Below, piece after piece: positions 39,213 to 47,981 of a stretch of DNA of 64,000 nucleotides. A program made the translations under genes and the position numbers. Position 1 is the stretch's first letter. Every line of letters starts with the position of its first letter. The stretch comes from Bacilli bacterium. Lineage in GTDB: Bacteria > Bacillota_I > Bacilli_A > RFN20 > CAG-826. The notes beneath the pieces were generated by a model, which saw nothing but the letters and a program-made list of their open reading frames with translations, was not told where the DNA came from and did not search any database. Location of the stretch: NCBI GenBank assembly GCA_034185265.1, contig JAXFZD010000008.1, positions 25 to 64,024 on the forward strand, in the 5' to 3' direction.

Positions 39213-41897
39213 ATGATTGATGAAAAATTAGATGAAATAGTCGAAGAAGAAGATCAAGAGCAAGAAGAAAAACCTTCTATTAAAGCAAATCACGAAGGAC
39301 TTCAAAGTGCTGACTCAATGTTTGGCGAAGAAGCTGCAAGAAGTGGCATTATTCCTGGACTTATTGATAGAGAAATTACAAACGAAGTACGTACAGCATT
39401 CCTTGATTATTCAATGTCTGTAATTGTTTCTAGAGCTATCCCTGATGTTAGAGATGGCTTTAAACCAGTTCAAAGAAGAATTATCTATGGAATGAATGAA
39501 GCTGGCATGCAGCCAAATAAGCCATATAAGAAATGTGCTCGTATTGTTGGTGACGTCATGGGTAAATATCACCCTCACGGTGATAGTGCTTTATATGGAA
39601 CTTTAGCTAGATTAGCTCAAGATTTCTCTCTTAGATATCCTTTAGTTGATGGACACGGAAACTTCGGTAGTATCGATGGTGATGAACCAGCAGCTATGCG
39701 TTATACTGAAGCTAGAATGAATAAATTATCTCTAGAATTAGTTAGAGATATCGATTGCGATACCGTTCCATTTATGGGTAACTATGATGGAACTGAAATC
39801 GAACCAGAAGTTTTACCTTGTAGATTCCCCAACCTTTTAATCAATGGTTCCCAAGGAATTGCTGTTGGCATGGCAACAAATATGGCTCCTCATAATATGG
39901 GTGAAGTCATCGATGCTGTCGTTGCTTTAGCTAAAAATCCTGAATTAACTCCATTAGAAATCATGCAAAATTACTTATTTGGCCCTGATTTCCCTGGAGG
40001 AGGCATCATTTTAGGTAGAAAAGGTATCCTAGATGCTTATACAACTGGTCAAGGATCTATAATTGTTAGAGCAAAATACCATATTGAAGAACTTAAAAAC
40101 GGAAAATCTCAAATCGTAGTTACCGAAATTCCTTATCAAGTTAATAAAGCCACACTTTGTGAAAACATTGGAAGTTTAGTTAGAGATAAGATAATTAGTG
40201 GCATTACAGATGTTAGAGATGAAACAAATAAAGACGGAATTAGAGTAGTTATTGAATTAACTAAAGATGTTATTCCTGAAGTTATTGCAAATAATTTACT
40301 CAAGCATACACAACTTCAAACTTCTTTTGGAATCATTAATTTATGTCTAGAAGAAGGTGCCCCAAAGATTTTACCAATCAACGAAATCTTAAAAGATTAC
40401 GTTGAATTCCAAGTCAGAGTTTTAACTAGAAGAACAAAGTTCTTATTAAATAAGGATTTAAAGAGACTTCACCTTGCCGAAGGCTTACTTTTAGCTCACG
40501 ATAACATTGATGAAGTTATCCATATTATTAGAGATTCCGCAAATGATGAAGAATCTACTTTAAGATTAAATGAAAGATTTGGTTTAGATGCTGATCAATG
40601 CGGTGCAATCTTAGCTATGACCTTACGTAGACTTCAAGGCATGGAACAAGATAAACTTAACGCAGAAAAAGCAGAACTTAATGTAAATATTGCTGAATAC
40701 AATAGATTATTATCTTCTAGAGATAACATCGTTGATTTACTCATTAAAGAAATTACAGCAATTAAAGAGAAATTTGCTGATAAGCGTAGAACTGAAATCT
40801 CTGATGGAGAAGCAGTTATTGATAATGAAGATTTAATTCCACAAAAGAATATCATCATTACTTTAACAAAGAATGGTTATATCAAGAGATTAGATGATGA
40901 TACATTCTCTACTCAACATAGAGGTGGTAGAGGAATTACCGGCATGAAGACAACTAACGGTGACATTGTTAAATTAATAATGCACTGTAAGACTCATACA
41001 GATATCTTATTCTTTACTTCTTTAGGTAAAGTTTATAGATTAAGAGGTTATCAAATTCCTGATTCTTCTAGAATTGGTAAAGGAATTCCTGCAATTAACC
41101 TACTTAAATTAGCAAAAGAAGAGAAAGTAGTTTCCTTAATTGCTTGCGATGATTATCCAGAAGACAATTACCTCTTCTTTGTTACAAAATTAGGTGTTGT
41201 TAAGAGAGTTTCTTTAAATCAATTTGAATCTATTCACTCTAACGGAAAGATTGCTGTTGGCTTAAAAGAAGGTGACGATTTATTAGATGTAAAGCGCACA
41301 AATGGTAAAGCCATCATTGGAATTGCTTCAAATGAAGGTAAATTATGTTCCTTCTATGAAGAAGAAGTTAGAGCTATGGGTAGAACTGCAGCTGGTGTAG
41401 GTGGAATTGATCTACCTGAGGGAGGATATGTTGTTGGAGTTTGCTCTTCTTTAGAGGGAGACAAGATTCTTACATTATCTACTAAAGGATTTGGAAAGAT
41501 TTCCTACGCAACAGATACTCAAACTGAAGACGGAAGAAGTTATGACGGTTATAGATTAACTAGACGTAATGCAAAAGGTGTCATTACAATGAATTTAACC
41601 GAGAAAAACGGTAAACTCATTGCTGTAAAGACAGTTAACGGAGATGAAGATCTTCTCTGCATTACTACTGGTGGTGTTGTCATTAGAACTCCACTTTCTG
41701 AAATTAGGGTTGTTGGAAGAAATGCTGTAGGAGTTAAAGTTATTAACTTAGAAGGACCTTCTAGAGTTGCTTCAGTCGCTATTGTTCCTCACCAAAGTAA
41801 AGAAGAAATAGAAGCCGAAGAAGCCGAATTAGAAGCCGAAGAAGCAGCAGAAGAAGTTACTTCTGAAGAACCAATAAATCCAAACGAAATTGAATAA
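39213..41897 (+). CDS. gyrA: DNA gyrase subunit A
   Basis: DGFKPVQRR, KYHPHGDS, catalytic AAMRYTE, GyrA-box QHRGGRG, beta-pinwheel repeats, acidic tail. Confidence 0.98.
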   Translation: MIDEKLDEIVEEEDQEQEEKPSIKANHEGLQSADSMFGEEAARSGIIPGLIDREITNEVRTAFLDYSMSVIVSRAIPDVRDGFKPVQRRIIYGMNEAGMQPNKPYKKCARIVGDVMGKYHPHGDSALYGTLARLAQDFSLRYPLVDGHGNFGSIDGDEPAAMRYTEARMNKLSLELVRDIDCDTVPFMGNYDGTEIEPEVLPCRFPNLLINGSQGIAVGMATNMAPHNMGEVIDAVVALAKNPELTPLEIMQNYLFGPDFPGGGIILGRKGILDAYTTGQGSIIVRAKYHIEELKNGKSQIVVTEIPYQVNKATLCENIGSLVRDKIISGITDVRDETNKDGIRVVIELTKDVIPEVIANNLLKHTQLQTSFGIINLCLEEGAPKILPINEILKDYVEFQVRVLTRRTKFLLNKDLKRLHLAEGLLLAHDNIDEVIHIIRDSANDEESTLRLNERFGLDADQCGAILAMTLRRLQGMEQDKLNAEKAELNVNIAEYNRLLSSRDNIVDLLIKEITAIKEKFADKRRTEISDGEAVIDNEDLIPQKNIIITLTKNGYIKRLDDDTFSTQHRGGRGITGMKTTNGDIVKLIMHCKTHTDILFFTSLGKVYRLRGYQIPDSSRIGKGIPAINLLKLAKEEKVVSLIACDDYPEDNYLFFVTKLGVVKRVSLNQFESIHSNGKIAVGLKEGDDLLDVKRTNGKAIIGIASNEGKLCSFYEEEVRAMGRTAAGVGGIDLPEGGYVVGVCSSLEGDKILTLSTKGFGKISYATDTQTEDGRSYDGYRLTRRNAKGVITMNLTEKNGKLIAVKTVNGDEDLLCITTGGVVIRTPLSEIRVVGRNAVGVKVINLEGPSRVASVAIVPHQSKEEIEAEEAELEAEEAAEEVTSEEPINPNEIE

Positions 41898-41932
41898 AAC
41901 CCTGCAAATCTCGGTTAAAAAAGGAGAAAAAT

Positions 41933-43210
41933 ATGTTAGATATTAAACTTATTTTAGAAAAGCCAGAGTATGTAAAAGAAGCTTTAGCTAAAAAAATGTG
42001 GGATTTCGATCCTAAACCTATTATTGATTTATATGCTAAAAGAGGCGAACTCTTAAAATTAGTTGAAAGCAATAAAGCTGAACAAAATAAACTATCCGCA
42101 TCTTTTGGACAAGTCAAAAAAGAAGGTGGAGATGTTGAAACAATTAGACTTAAAGTTAGAGAACTTGCTGCTGCTAATGCTGAAAATGAAAAAGAATTAG
42201 CAAATATTGAAGCCGAACTTAAAGCTTTAATTGAAGTTCTTCCAAATATGCCTGACCCAGATTTAGCAAGTGGTGAAAAAGAAAATAATGAACCTATATT
42301 TAGAAATAAAGAGATTCCTCACTTTGATTTCGAACCAAAGAATCACGTAGATTTATGCGAATCTCTAGGGTTAGTTGATTACAAAAGAGCAGCTAAGATT
42401 TCTGGAACAGGTACATGGATCTACACTAATTTAGGTGCAAGATTAGAATGGGCTTTAATTAATTATTTCATCCAATGCCATCTTGAAGATGGATTTGAAA
42501 TGATTTTACCTCCACATTTGCTTAACTATGAATCTGGCTACACAGCTGGACAATTCCCAAAATTTAAAGAAGATGTCTTCTGGCTTGAAGGAACTGAACC
42601 AAGAAAATTCATTCTTCCAACTGCTGAAACAGCTTTAGTTAACTTACATAGAAACGAAATTCTTTCTGAAAAAGATCTTCCAAAGAAGTATTTTGCTTAT
42701 ACTCCATGTTATAGAAAAGAAGCTGGAAGTTATAGAACAGAAGAAAGAGGAATGATCAGAGGCTATCAATTCAACAAAGTTGAAATGGTTGAATATACAA
42801 CTGAAGAAGGTTCTGACGCAGCTTTTGAAGAATTAGTAAGAAAAGCACAAAAATTAGTTGAAGGATTAGGGCTTTGCTATCAAGTAGATAAATTAGCTGC
42901 TGGAGATTGCTCTCATTCAATGGCAAGAACCTATGACATAGAAGTTTATATTCCTTCCATGGGAATCTTCAAAGAATGTTCCTCAGTCTCTAATGCTAGA
43001 GATTATCAAGCAAGAAGAGGAATGGTTAGATATAAAGATGCTAACGGAAAAACAAAATATTGCCATACGTTAAATGGATCTGGTCTTGCTACTTCTAGAC
43101 TTATCCCAGCAATTGTTGAACAATATCAGCAAGCTGATGGCTCTGTAGTTGTCCCTGAAGTCCTTAGACCATTCATGGGCGGAATTGAAGTTTTAAAGCC
43201 TGTAAAATAA
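41933..43210 (+). CDS. serS: Serine--tRNA ligase
   Basis: N-terminal coiled coil, LPTAET, CYRKEAGS, RGYQFNKVE, TLNGSGLATSR. Confidence 0.98.
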   Translation: MLDIKLILEKPEYVKEALAKKMWDFDPKPIIDLYAKRGELLKLVESNKAEQNKLSASFGQVKKEGGDVETIRLKVRELAAANAENEKELANIEAELKALIEVLPNMPDPDLASGEKENNEPIFRNKEIPHFDFEPKNHVDLCESLGLVDYKRAAKISGTGTWIYTNLGARLEWALINYFIQCHLEDGFEMILPPHLLNYESGYTAGQFPKFKEDVFWLEGTEPRKFILPTAETALVNLHRNEILSEKDLPKKYFAYTPCYRKEAGSYRTEERGMIRGYQFNKVEMVEYTTEEGSDAAFEELVRKAQKLVEGLGLCYQVDKLAAGDCSHSMARTYDIEVYIPSMGIFKECSSVSNARDYQARRGMVRYKDANGKTKYCHTLNGSGLATSRLIPAIVEQYQQADGSVVVPEVLRPFMGGIEVLKPVK

Positions 43211-43252
43211 AAAAGAGGCGACCCGTACATTAAAATTTAGCTCCGGTGAAGG

Positions 43253-44290
43253 TTATTCATCGGAGTTTTTATAATCAATAATTATGTTATTATTCTCTAG
43301 TTTTACTGTTGCCAAGGCACCATTTTTCATAGGGAGCGATGGTGGATTATGGCCTAAGTCTATATCCATTAGAATAGGAACATTAAATTCTGAAAGCATG
43401 TCTAATGTGGCGGAAAAGAAGTCAACACCCATACAAGTATCCCCAAAATGGAAAGGCCTACCGATTAAAAAACCTTTTACGTATTTAAACCAATTAGATT
43501 CTTTAAGCTGGAATAAAGCTCTTCTAAAACTTAATGGAGATAAATCGCATGCTTCTAAATACCAAATAAATCCATCTTCTTTATATTTTTCAGCAAAATC
43601 TTCAACTTTATCAAATTTAGTTCCACATATATTTACTAAACAATCTAAACATCCACCAATAATTCTTCCTGAAAAAGGTGAATTATAGTTATACGGAATT
43701 ATCTTTTTAATCGACCTATAAGCGGTTTTTGCTAGCGGGGAAATAGTTTTGTTAGGATCAACAGGTTTATTAAAGTCTGTTTTTTTCCATTTTGGATAAC
43801 CTTCAAAATGATTTTCCCCATGCAACATTTTTAATGAATCAAGTTGATTTACTCTAAACTGTTTCTCGAAAAACCCTGGGAAATTCGGACCGTAAATTGT
43901 TTCTATGTCGCATAAAGTTGTGAGAGTAAATGTTAAATTAGTGTTATCAGAGAAACCCATAAACCATTTTGGAGGGAGATTTTTGATTTCCTCAAAATCA
44001 ATATAAGGGAGGATGTCGCACATTAATTCTCCGCCACCAACAGAAATAATAACCTTTGAGTCACTTTTATATGCTTTGATGAATTCTTGGGCTCTTTCTT
44101 TGGGGGAAGCAGAAGAAGCAACGCCCTCAGCTTTAAAAACATTTTCTCCTTCTTCAATTAAATAGCCTTCTTTTTTCATACGTTTAACAGAAGCTAAATA
44201 ACGAGTTTTGTATGGCTCTGTTGTAACTCCAAAAGAAGGAGCAATTGTAGAAATTTTGTCATTTAATTTGAGATTTGCGGGTTTTTTCAT
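43253..44290 (-). CDS. Peptidase S66 (LD-carboxypeptidase / MccF-like)
   Basis: GFSDNT (Ser), GGCLD, YLE (Glu), DLGH (His) catalytic triad pattern. Start set at ATG 44290. Confidence 0.88.
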   Translation of the reverse strand: MKKPANLKLNDKISTIAPSFGVTTEPYKTRYLASVKRMKKEGYLIEEGENVFKAEGVASSASPKERAQEFIKAYKSDSKVIISVGGGELMCDILPYIDFEEIKNLPPKWFMGFSDNTNLTFTLTTLCDIETIYGPNFPGFFEKQFRVNQLDSLKMLHGENHFEGYPKWKKTDFNKPVDPNKTISPLAKTAYRSIKKIIPYNYNSPFSGRIIGGCLDCLVNICGTKFDKVEDFAEKYKEDGFIWYLEACDLSPLSFRRALFQLKESNWFKYVKGFLIGRPFHFGDTCMGVDFFSATLDMLSEFNVPILMDIDLGHNPPSLPMKNGALATVKLENNNIIIDYKNSDE

Positions 44291-44370
44291 GTATTTAGCA
44301 CTTAGTTTTTGTTTCTTTACAAATAATAGCACATATTTAATTAACTATTTCAAAATTTTTTCTATATAAT

Positions 44371-44459
44371 AGACGAGCCATCGCAAGGAGGACTTTGTGA
44401 ACCAGGTCAGGAGGGGAACCTAGCAGCCTTAAGCAAAAGAATCTTGTGCGGTGGTCTTA
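44371..44459 (+). ncRNA. ffs: Signal recognition particle RNA (small, 4.5S-type)
   Basis: Helix-8 signature GAACCAGGTCAGG-AGG-GGAA-CCT-AGCAGCC; 5' and 3' ends base pair; TATAAT immediately upstream; adjacent to tadA as in Bacillota. Ends are approximate. Confidence 0.9.
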
Positions 44460-44465
44460 TTGTTT

Positions 44466-44915
44466 ATGTTTACTGAAGAAGAAATAAAGTTTTTCCTTGA
44501 TGAAGCTTTTAAAGAAGCGCGGATTTCGTATTCAAAAGATGAAGTTCCTGTTGGAGCTGTAGTTGTTAAAGATAAGAAAATCGTAGGCAGGGGACATAAT
44601 TTGAGAGAAGAAAAGAAAGAAATACATTCTCATGCTGAAATCGAAGCAATTATCGATGCAGAGAAGAAATTAAATACTTGGAAATTGGATGACTGCACGC
44701 TTTTCGTAACTTTGGAACCGTGTTTTATGTGCACTGGAGCCATTAGTCAAAGTAACATAAAGTCAGTTTATTTTGCCTGTTTAGATGAACAAGAAGGCTG
44801 TATTTTATCTAAAAACATTAATTCAAACAAAAATTTACCATTTTTAGCTTATTATTGTCCTCAAAAAGAGGCTTCGGAAATACTAAAAAAATTCTTCCAA
44901 AATAAAAGAAAATAA
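44466..44915 (+). CDS. tadA: tRNA adenosine(34) deaminase
   Basis: EVPVGAVVV, HAEIEAI, TLEPCFMC zinc motif. Confidence 0.93.
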   Translation: MFTEEEIKFFLDEAFKEARISYSKDEVPVGAVVVKDKKIVGRGHNLREEKKEIHSHAEIEAIIDAEKKLNTWKLDDCTLFVTLEPCFMCTGAISQSNIKSVYFACLDEQEGCILSKNINSNKNLPFLAYYCPQKEASEILKKFFQNKRK

Positions 44916-45013
44916 CATTTATACGCTGTTTAAACTTTGTATTAAAAAAAATTAAAAATAAAGACTATGAATAGTCTTTTCTTGTGATATACTACTTTAA
45001 CCGAGGATTAGAG

Positions 45014-47980
45014 ATGGGCGCGGGCAAGGCAATTTTAGAGCTTAAAAATATATCGAAAGAATATGTTGTCGATAAAAAGCCTTTTTCTGCGGTCAAAAAC
45101 GTTAATTTATCATTTCCAACTAGCGGATTTATAGCAATTTTAGGTCATTCAGGCAGTGGAAAAACAACTCTTTTAAATATTATTGGTGGCCTTGATATTT
45201 ACTCTTCTGGAGATCTTCTAATTAATGGAATCTCAACTAAGAAATATAAAAGCAGCGATTGGGATGCCTATAGAAACAAATACGTTGGTTTCATTTTTCA
45301 ATCCTACAATTTAATTCCTCACTTTTCAGTTAAAGCAAATGTAGGTTTACCTTTAAAACTCGCAGGAGTTAAAGGAAAAATAATTCGTCAAAGAGTAAAA
45401 GAGGTTTTAGAAAAAGTTGGTTTAAAAGATCTAGCAAATAAGAAACCAAATCAACTTTCAGGTGGACAAGCTCAAAGGGTAGCAATTGCTAGAGCATTAA
45501 TAAACAATCCATCAATTATTTTGGCTGACGAACCTACAGGAGCCCTTGATTCAAATACTACAGTTCAAGTTATAGATATTCTTAAAGAAATTAGCAAAGA
45601 CTGCTGCGTAATTATGGTTACACATAATGAAGAACTTGCTAATAAGTATGCAAATAGAATTATCCATATGAAAGATGGAGAAGTTACAGCGGATAATGCA
45701 AATAAATTAGAAGAAATTCCTGAGAAAGAAATCAAAAAGAAGAAGAGGACGTCTATGTCTATTGGTGCCTCTTTAGTTTCTTCTGTTCAAAATTTAAGAA
45801 CAAAGAAAGGAAGAACAATTATTACCGCCATAGCCTGTTCTTTTGGAATTATTGGTGTCGCTTTGGTCCTTGCTATAACTAATGGATTTTCTAATTATGT
45901 TGGAGGGGTGGAAGAATCCATTGCTTCTTCAGTTCCTATTTCTATTTCTCCAATCTCTAAGTCCTGGAAGAGCATTGATCAAAACCATTACGCAATATTT
46001 CCAAGTGACAATGTGCTTCATGTTTATGAGTCTGATTATACTATTTCAAATATCCATCAAAATGAATTCAGCCACGAATTCATTGAATATTTGAAAGATA
46101 TCGATAATCCAAATAACAAAATTCATAAAGACGTTATGTCCGTTATGTTTAATAGGAATGGATTAGATTTCCACTTTTTAACTAAAGCGGGAATTAATGA
46201 CGAATTATCAAAAGACAACGATTTGATTACAGTCAATCAATATGCTTCTGCTGGTTCTTTAGGAGCATCAATTTCTAATTTGACACATTTACCAACCACA
46301 ATTATTCATGAAATACTGGCTGATGAATCAAATATTTCTACAATGTATGACGTAATTTATGGTAATTATCCTAAAGACAAAAGCGAAATGGTTTTAGTTG
46401 TAGATCAATATAATAGAATTGATTTCTCAACGATGAAAAAAGCTGGTTTTTACAAAAGCAGCGAAACCAGTACGCAATCTTCATCAGGCTTAACATTCAA
46501 TTTCTCTGATATTGTTTACGATGGAGATGGAGATACTCAATATAAAACTTACAAAGTTTATAGAAATTCTGACTTCTTCAATATTGCAGGAAAAACAAAG
46601 CGTCAAGCAACATTCGGAGCTTATGAATCAATTAAATTGGATGGTAATATAGCGGGTCTTGCACAACTTTTAAGTGGCAAAGGCTCTATAGATCCTGAGA
46701 GTTTAAATGACCTTAAGTTTGTTTCTAATGATAGTGAAGTCAAAACAAAGACGATTTCATATTATGAAAGACCAGAAAGTGATAAAGATGTCTTTAATGA
46801 TGACTCAAAATATCATCCACTAGAAGTAAAAATAGTTGGAGTTTTAAGACCAAATAAGAAATCAATTTTAAATTTAATGCCTACTTCATTAGCTTATACA
46901 AAAGAACTTAAAGAGTATCTTGCAGATGATTATATGCAGCCAGGAATTGGTTATGATTTAGCAAGAATTCAAGAAAATAATTGGTTTTTACCAAGATATT
47001 TAGAAAAACCAGGAGATTATGGAGCCCAAGCTTTACCTGGAAATTATGCAACTTTGGATGCTTTAGCAATGCTAAATAGCTCATTAGAAACTTTAAAATA
47101 CTCTATTAAAACCGGCCAACTTAATAAGGATAATTTCTCTATTTCTAATTTCACCAGTTTAATGAATGGAGCAATTGTTTATAAATCTGCTCATGGAGGA
47201 GCTTTAACTAATGGAGTTGGTGGCTATTTAGGTTGGGGTTCTCTTTTAGGAGCTGAGTTTAAAACTATTAAGAGCTATAAGAACATGAATGAACTCTTAA
47301 TTGATATTTATTCAAATATTAATTCACCATATTTCTGGAATTGTGAAAACGATTCCGGTCATGTTTCCATTGTTGATTATTTAGCTGCAGTTAATTCTTA
47401 TTCTTTAATTAGTTCAATTTTAATCTTCCCTAAAACACTCCAAAATAAATCAGCCATCGTTAATTATATTGAAGAGTGGAATAACAAATTAACTGATTCA
47501 ACAAAGAGAATCACTTACGACGATTTCATGGGAACTGTAACAGATTCTCTAGGAATCTTAATTAATGTTTTAAGTATTATTCTTCTAGTTTTTGCTTCTA
47601 TTTCTTTAATTGTTTCATCTGTAATGATGGCCATTATCACATATGTTTCAGTCATAGAAAGAACTCAAGAAATTGGCGTTTTAAGAGCTTGCGGAGCTAG
47701 AAAGCTCGATGTAGGAAGATTATTTGAGGTTGAAGCTGTTTTAATTGGGCTAATTGCGGGAGCGATAGGAATTGTCGCCACAATAATAATTTGCATACCA
47801 ATTTGTAAGATAATTGATGGGATGTTCCCAGGAAACGGATTAGAAAACATTGCTCGATTAACTTGGTATCACGGTTTAATTCTTCTAGGTATTTCAGGAG
47901 GATTATGCTTCCTTTCAGCCTTAATTCCAGCAAGATTAGCGGCGAAAAAGAATCCAGTAGATTGTTTAAGGAGCGAATAG
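45014..47980 (+). CDS. MacB/FtsX-type ABC transporter, fused ATPase and permease with large extracellular domain
   Basis: GHSGSGKTT, LSGGQAQR, ILADEPTG, VTH; C-terminal ERTQEIGVLRACGA FtsX permease motif. Confidence 0.9.
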   Translation: MGAGKAILELKNISKEYVVDKKPFSAVKNVNLSFPTSGFIAILGHSGSGKTTLLNIIGGLDIYSSGDLLINGISTKKYKSSDWDAYRNKYVGFIFQSYNLIPHFSVKANVGLPLKLAGVKGKIIRQRVKEVLEKVGLKDLANKKPNQLSGGQAQRVAIARALINNPSIILADEPTGALDSNTTVQVIDILKEISKDCCVIMVTHNEELANKYANRIIHMKDGEVTADNANKLEEIPEKEIKKKKRTSMSIGASLVSSVQNLRTKKGRTIITAIACSFGIIGVALVLAITNGFSNYVGGVEESIASSVPISISPISKSWKSIDQNHYAIFPSDNVLHVYESDYTISNIHQNEFSHEFIEYLKDIDNPNNKIHKDVMSVMFNRNGLDFHFLTKAGINDELSKDNDLITVNQYASAGSLGASISNLTHLPTTIIHEILADESNISTMYDVIYGNYPKDKSEMVLVVDQYNRIDFSTMKKAGFYKSSETSTQSSSGLTFNFSDIVYDGDGDTQYKTYKVYRNSDFFNIAGKTKRQATFGAYESIKLDGNIAGLAQLLSGKGSIDPESLNDLKFVSNDSEVKTKTISYYERPESDKDVFNDDSKYHPLEVKIVGVLRPNKKSILNLMPTSLAYTKELKEYLADDYMQPGIGYDLARIQENNWFLPRYLEKPGDYGAQALPGNYATLDALAMLNSSLETLKYSIKTGQLNKDNFSISNFTSLMNGAIVYKSAHGGALTNGVGGYLGWGSLLGAEFKTIKSYKNMNELLIDIYSNINSPYFWNCENDSGHVSIVDYLAAVNSYSLISSILIFPKTLQNKSAIVNYIEEWNNKLTDSTKRITYDDFMGTVTDSLGILINVLSIILLVFASISLIVSSVMMAIITYVSVIERTQEIGVLRACGARKLDVGRLFEVEAVLIGLIAGAIGIVATIIICIPICKIIDGMFPGNGLENIARLTWYHGLILLGISGGLCFLSALIPARLAAKKNPVDCLRSE

Positions 47981-47981
47981 T

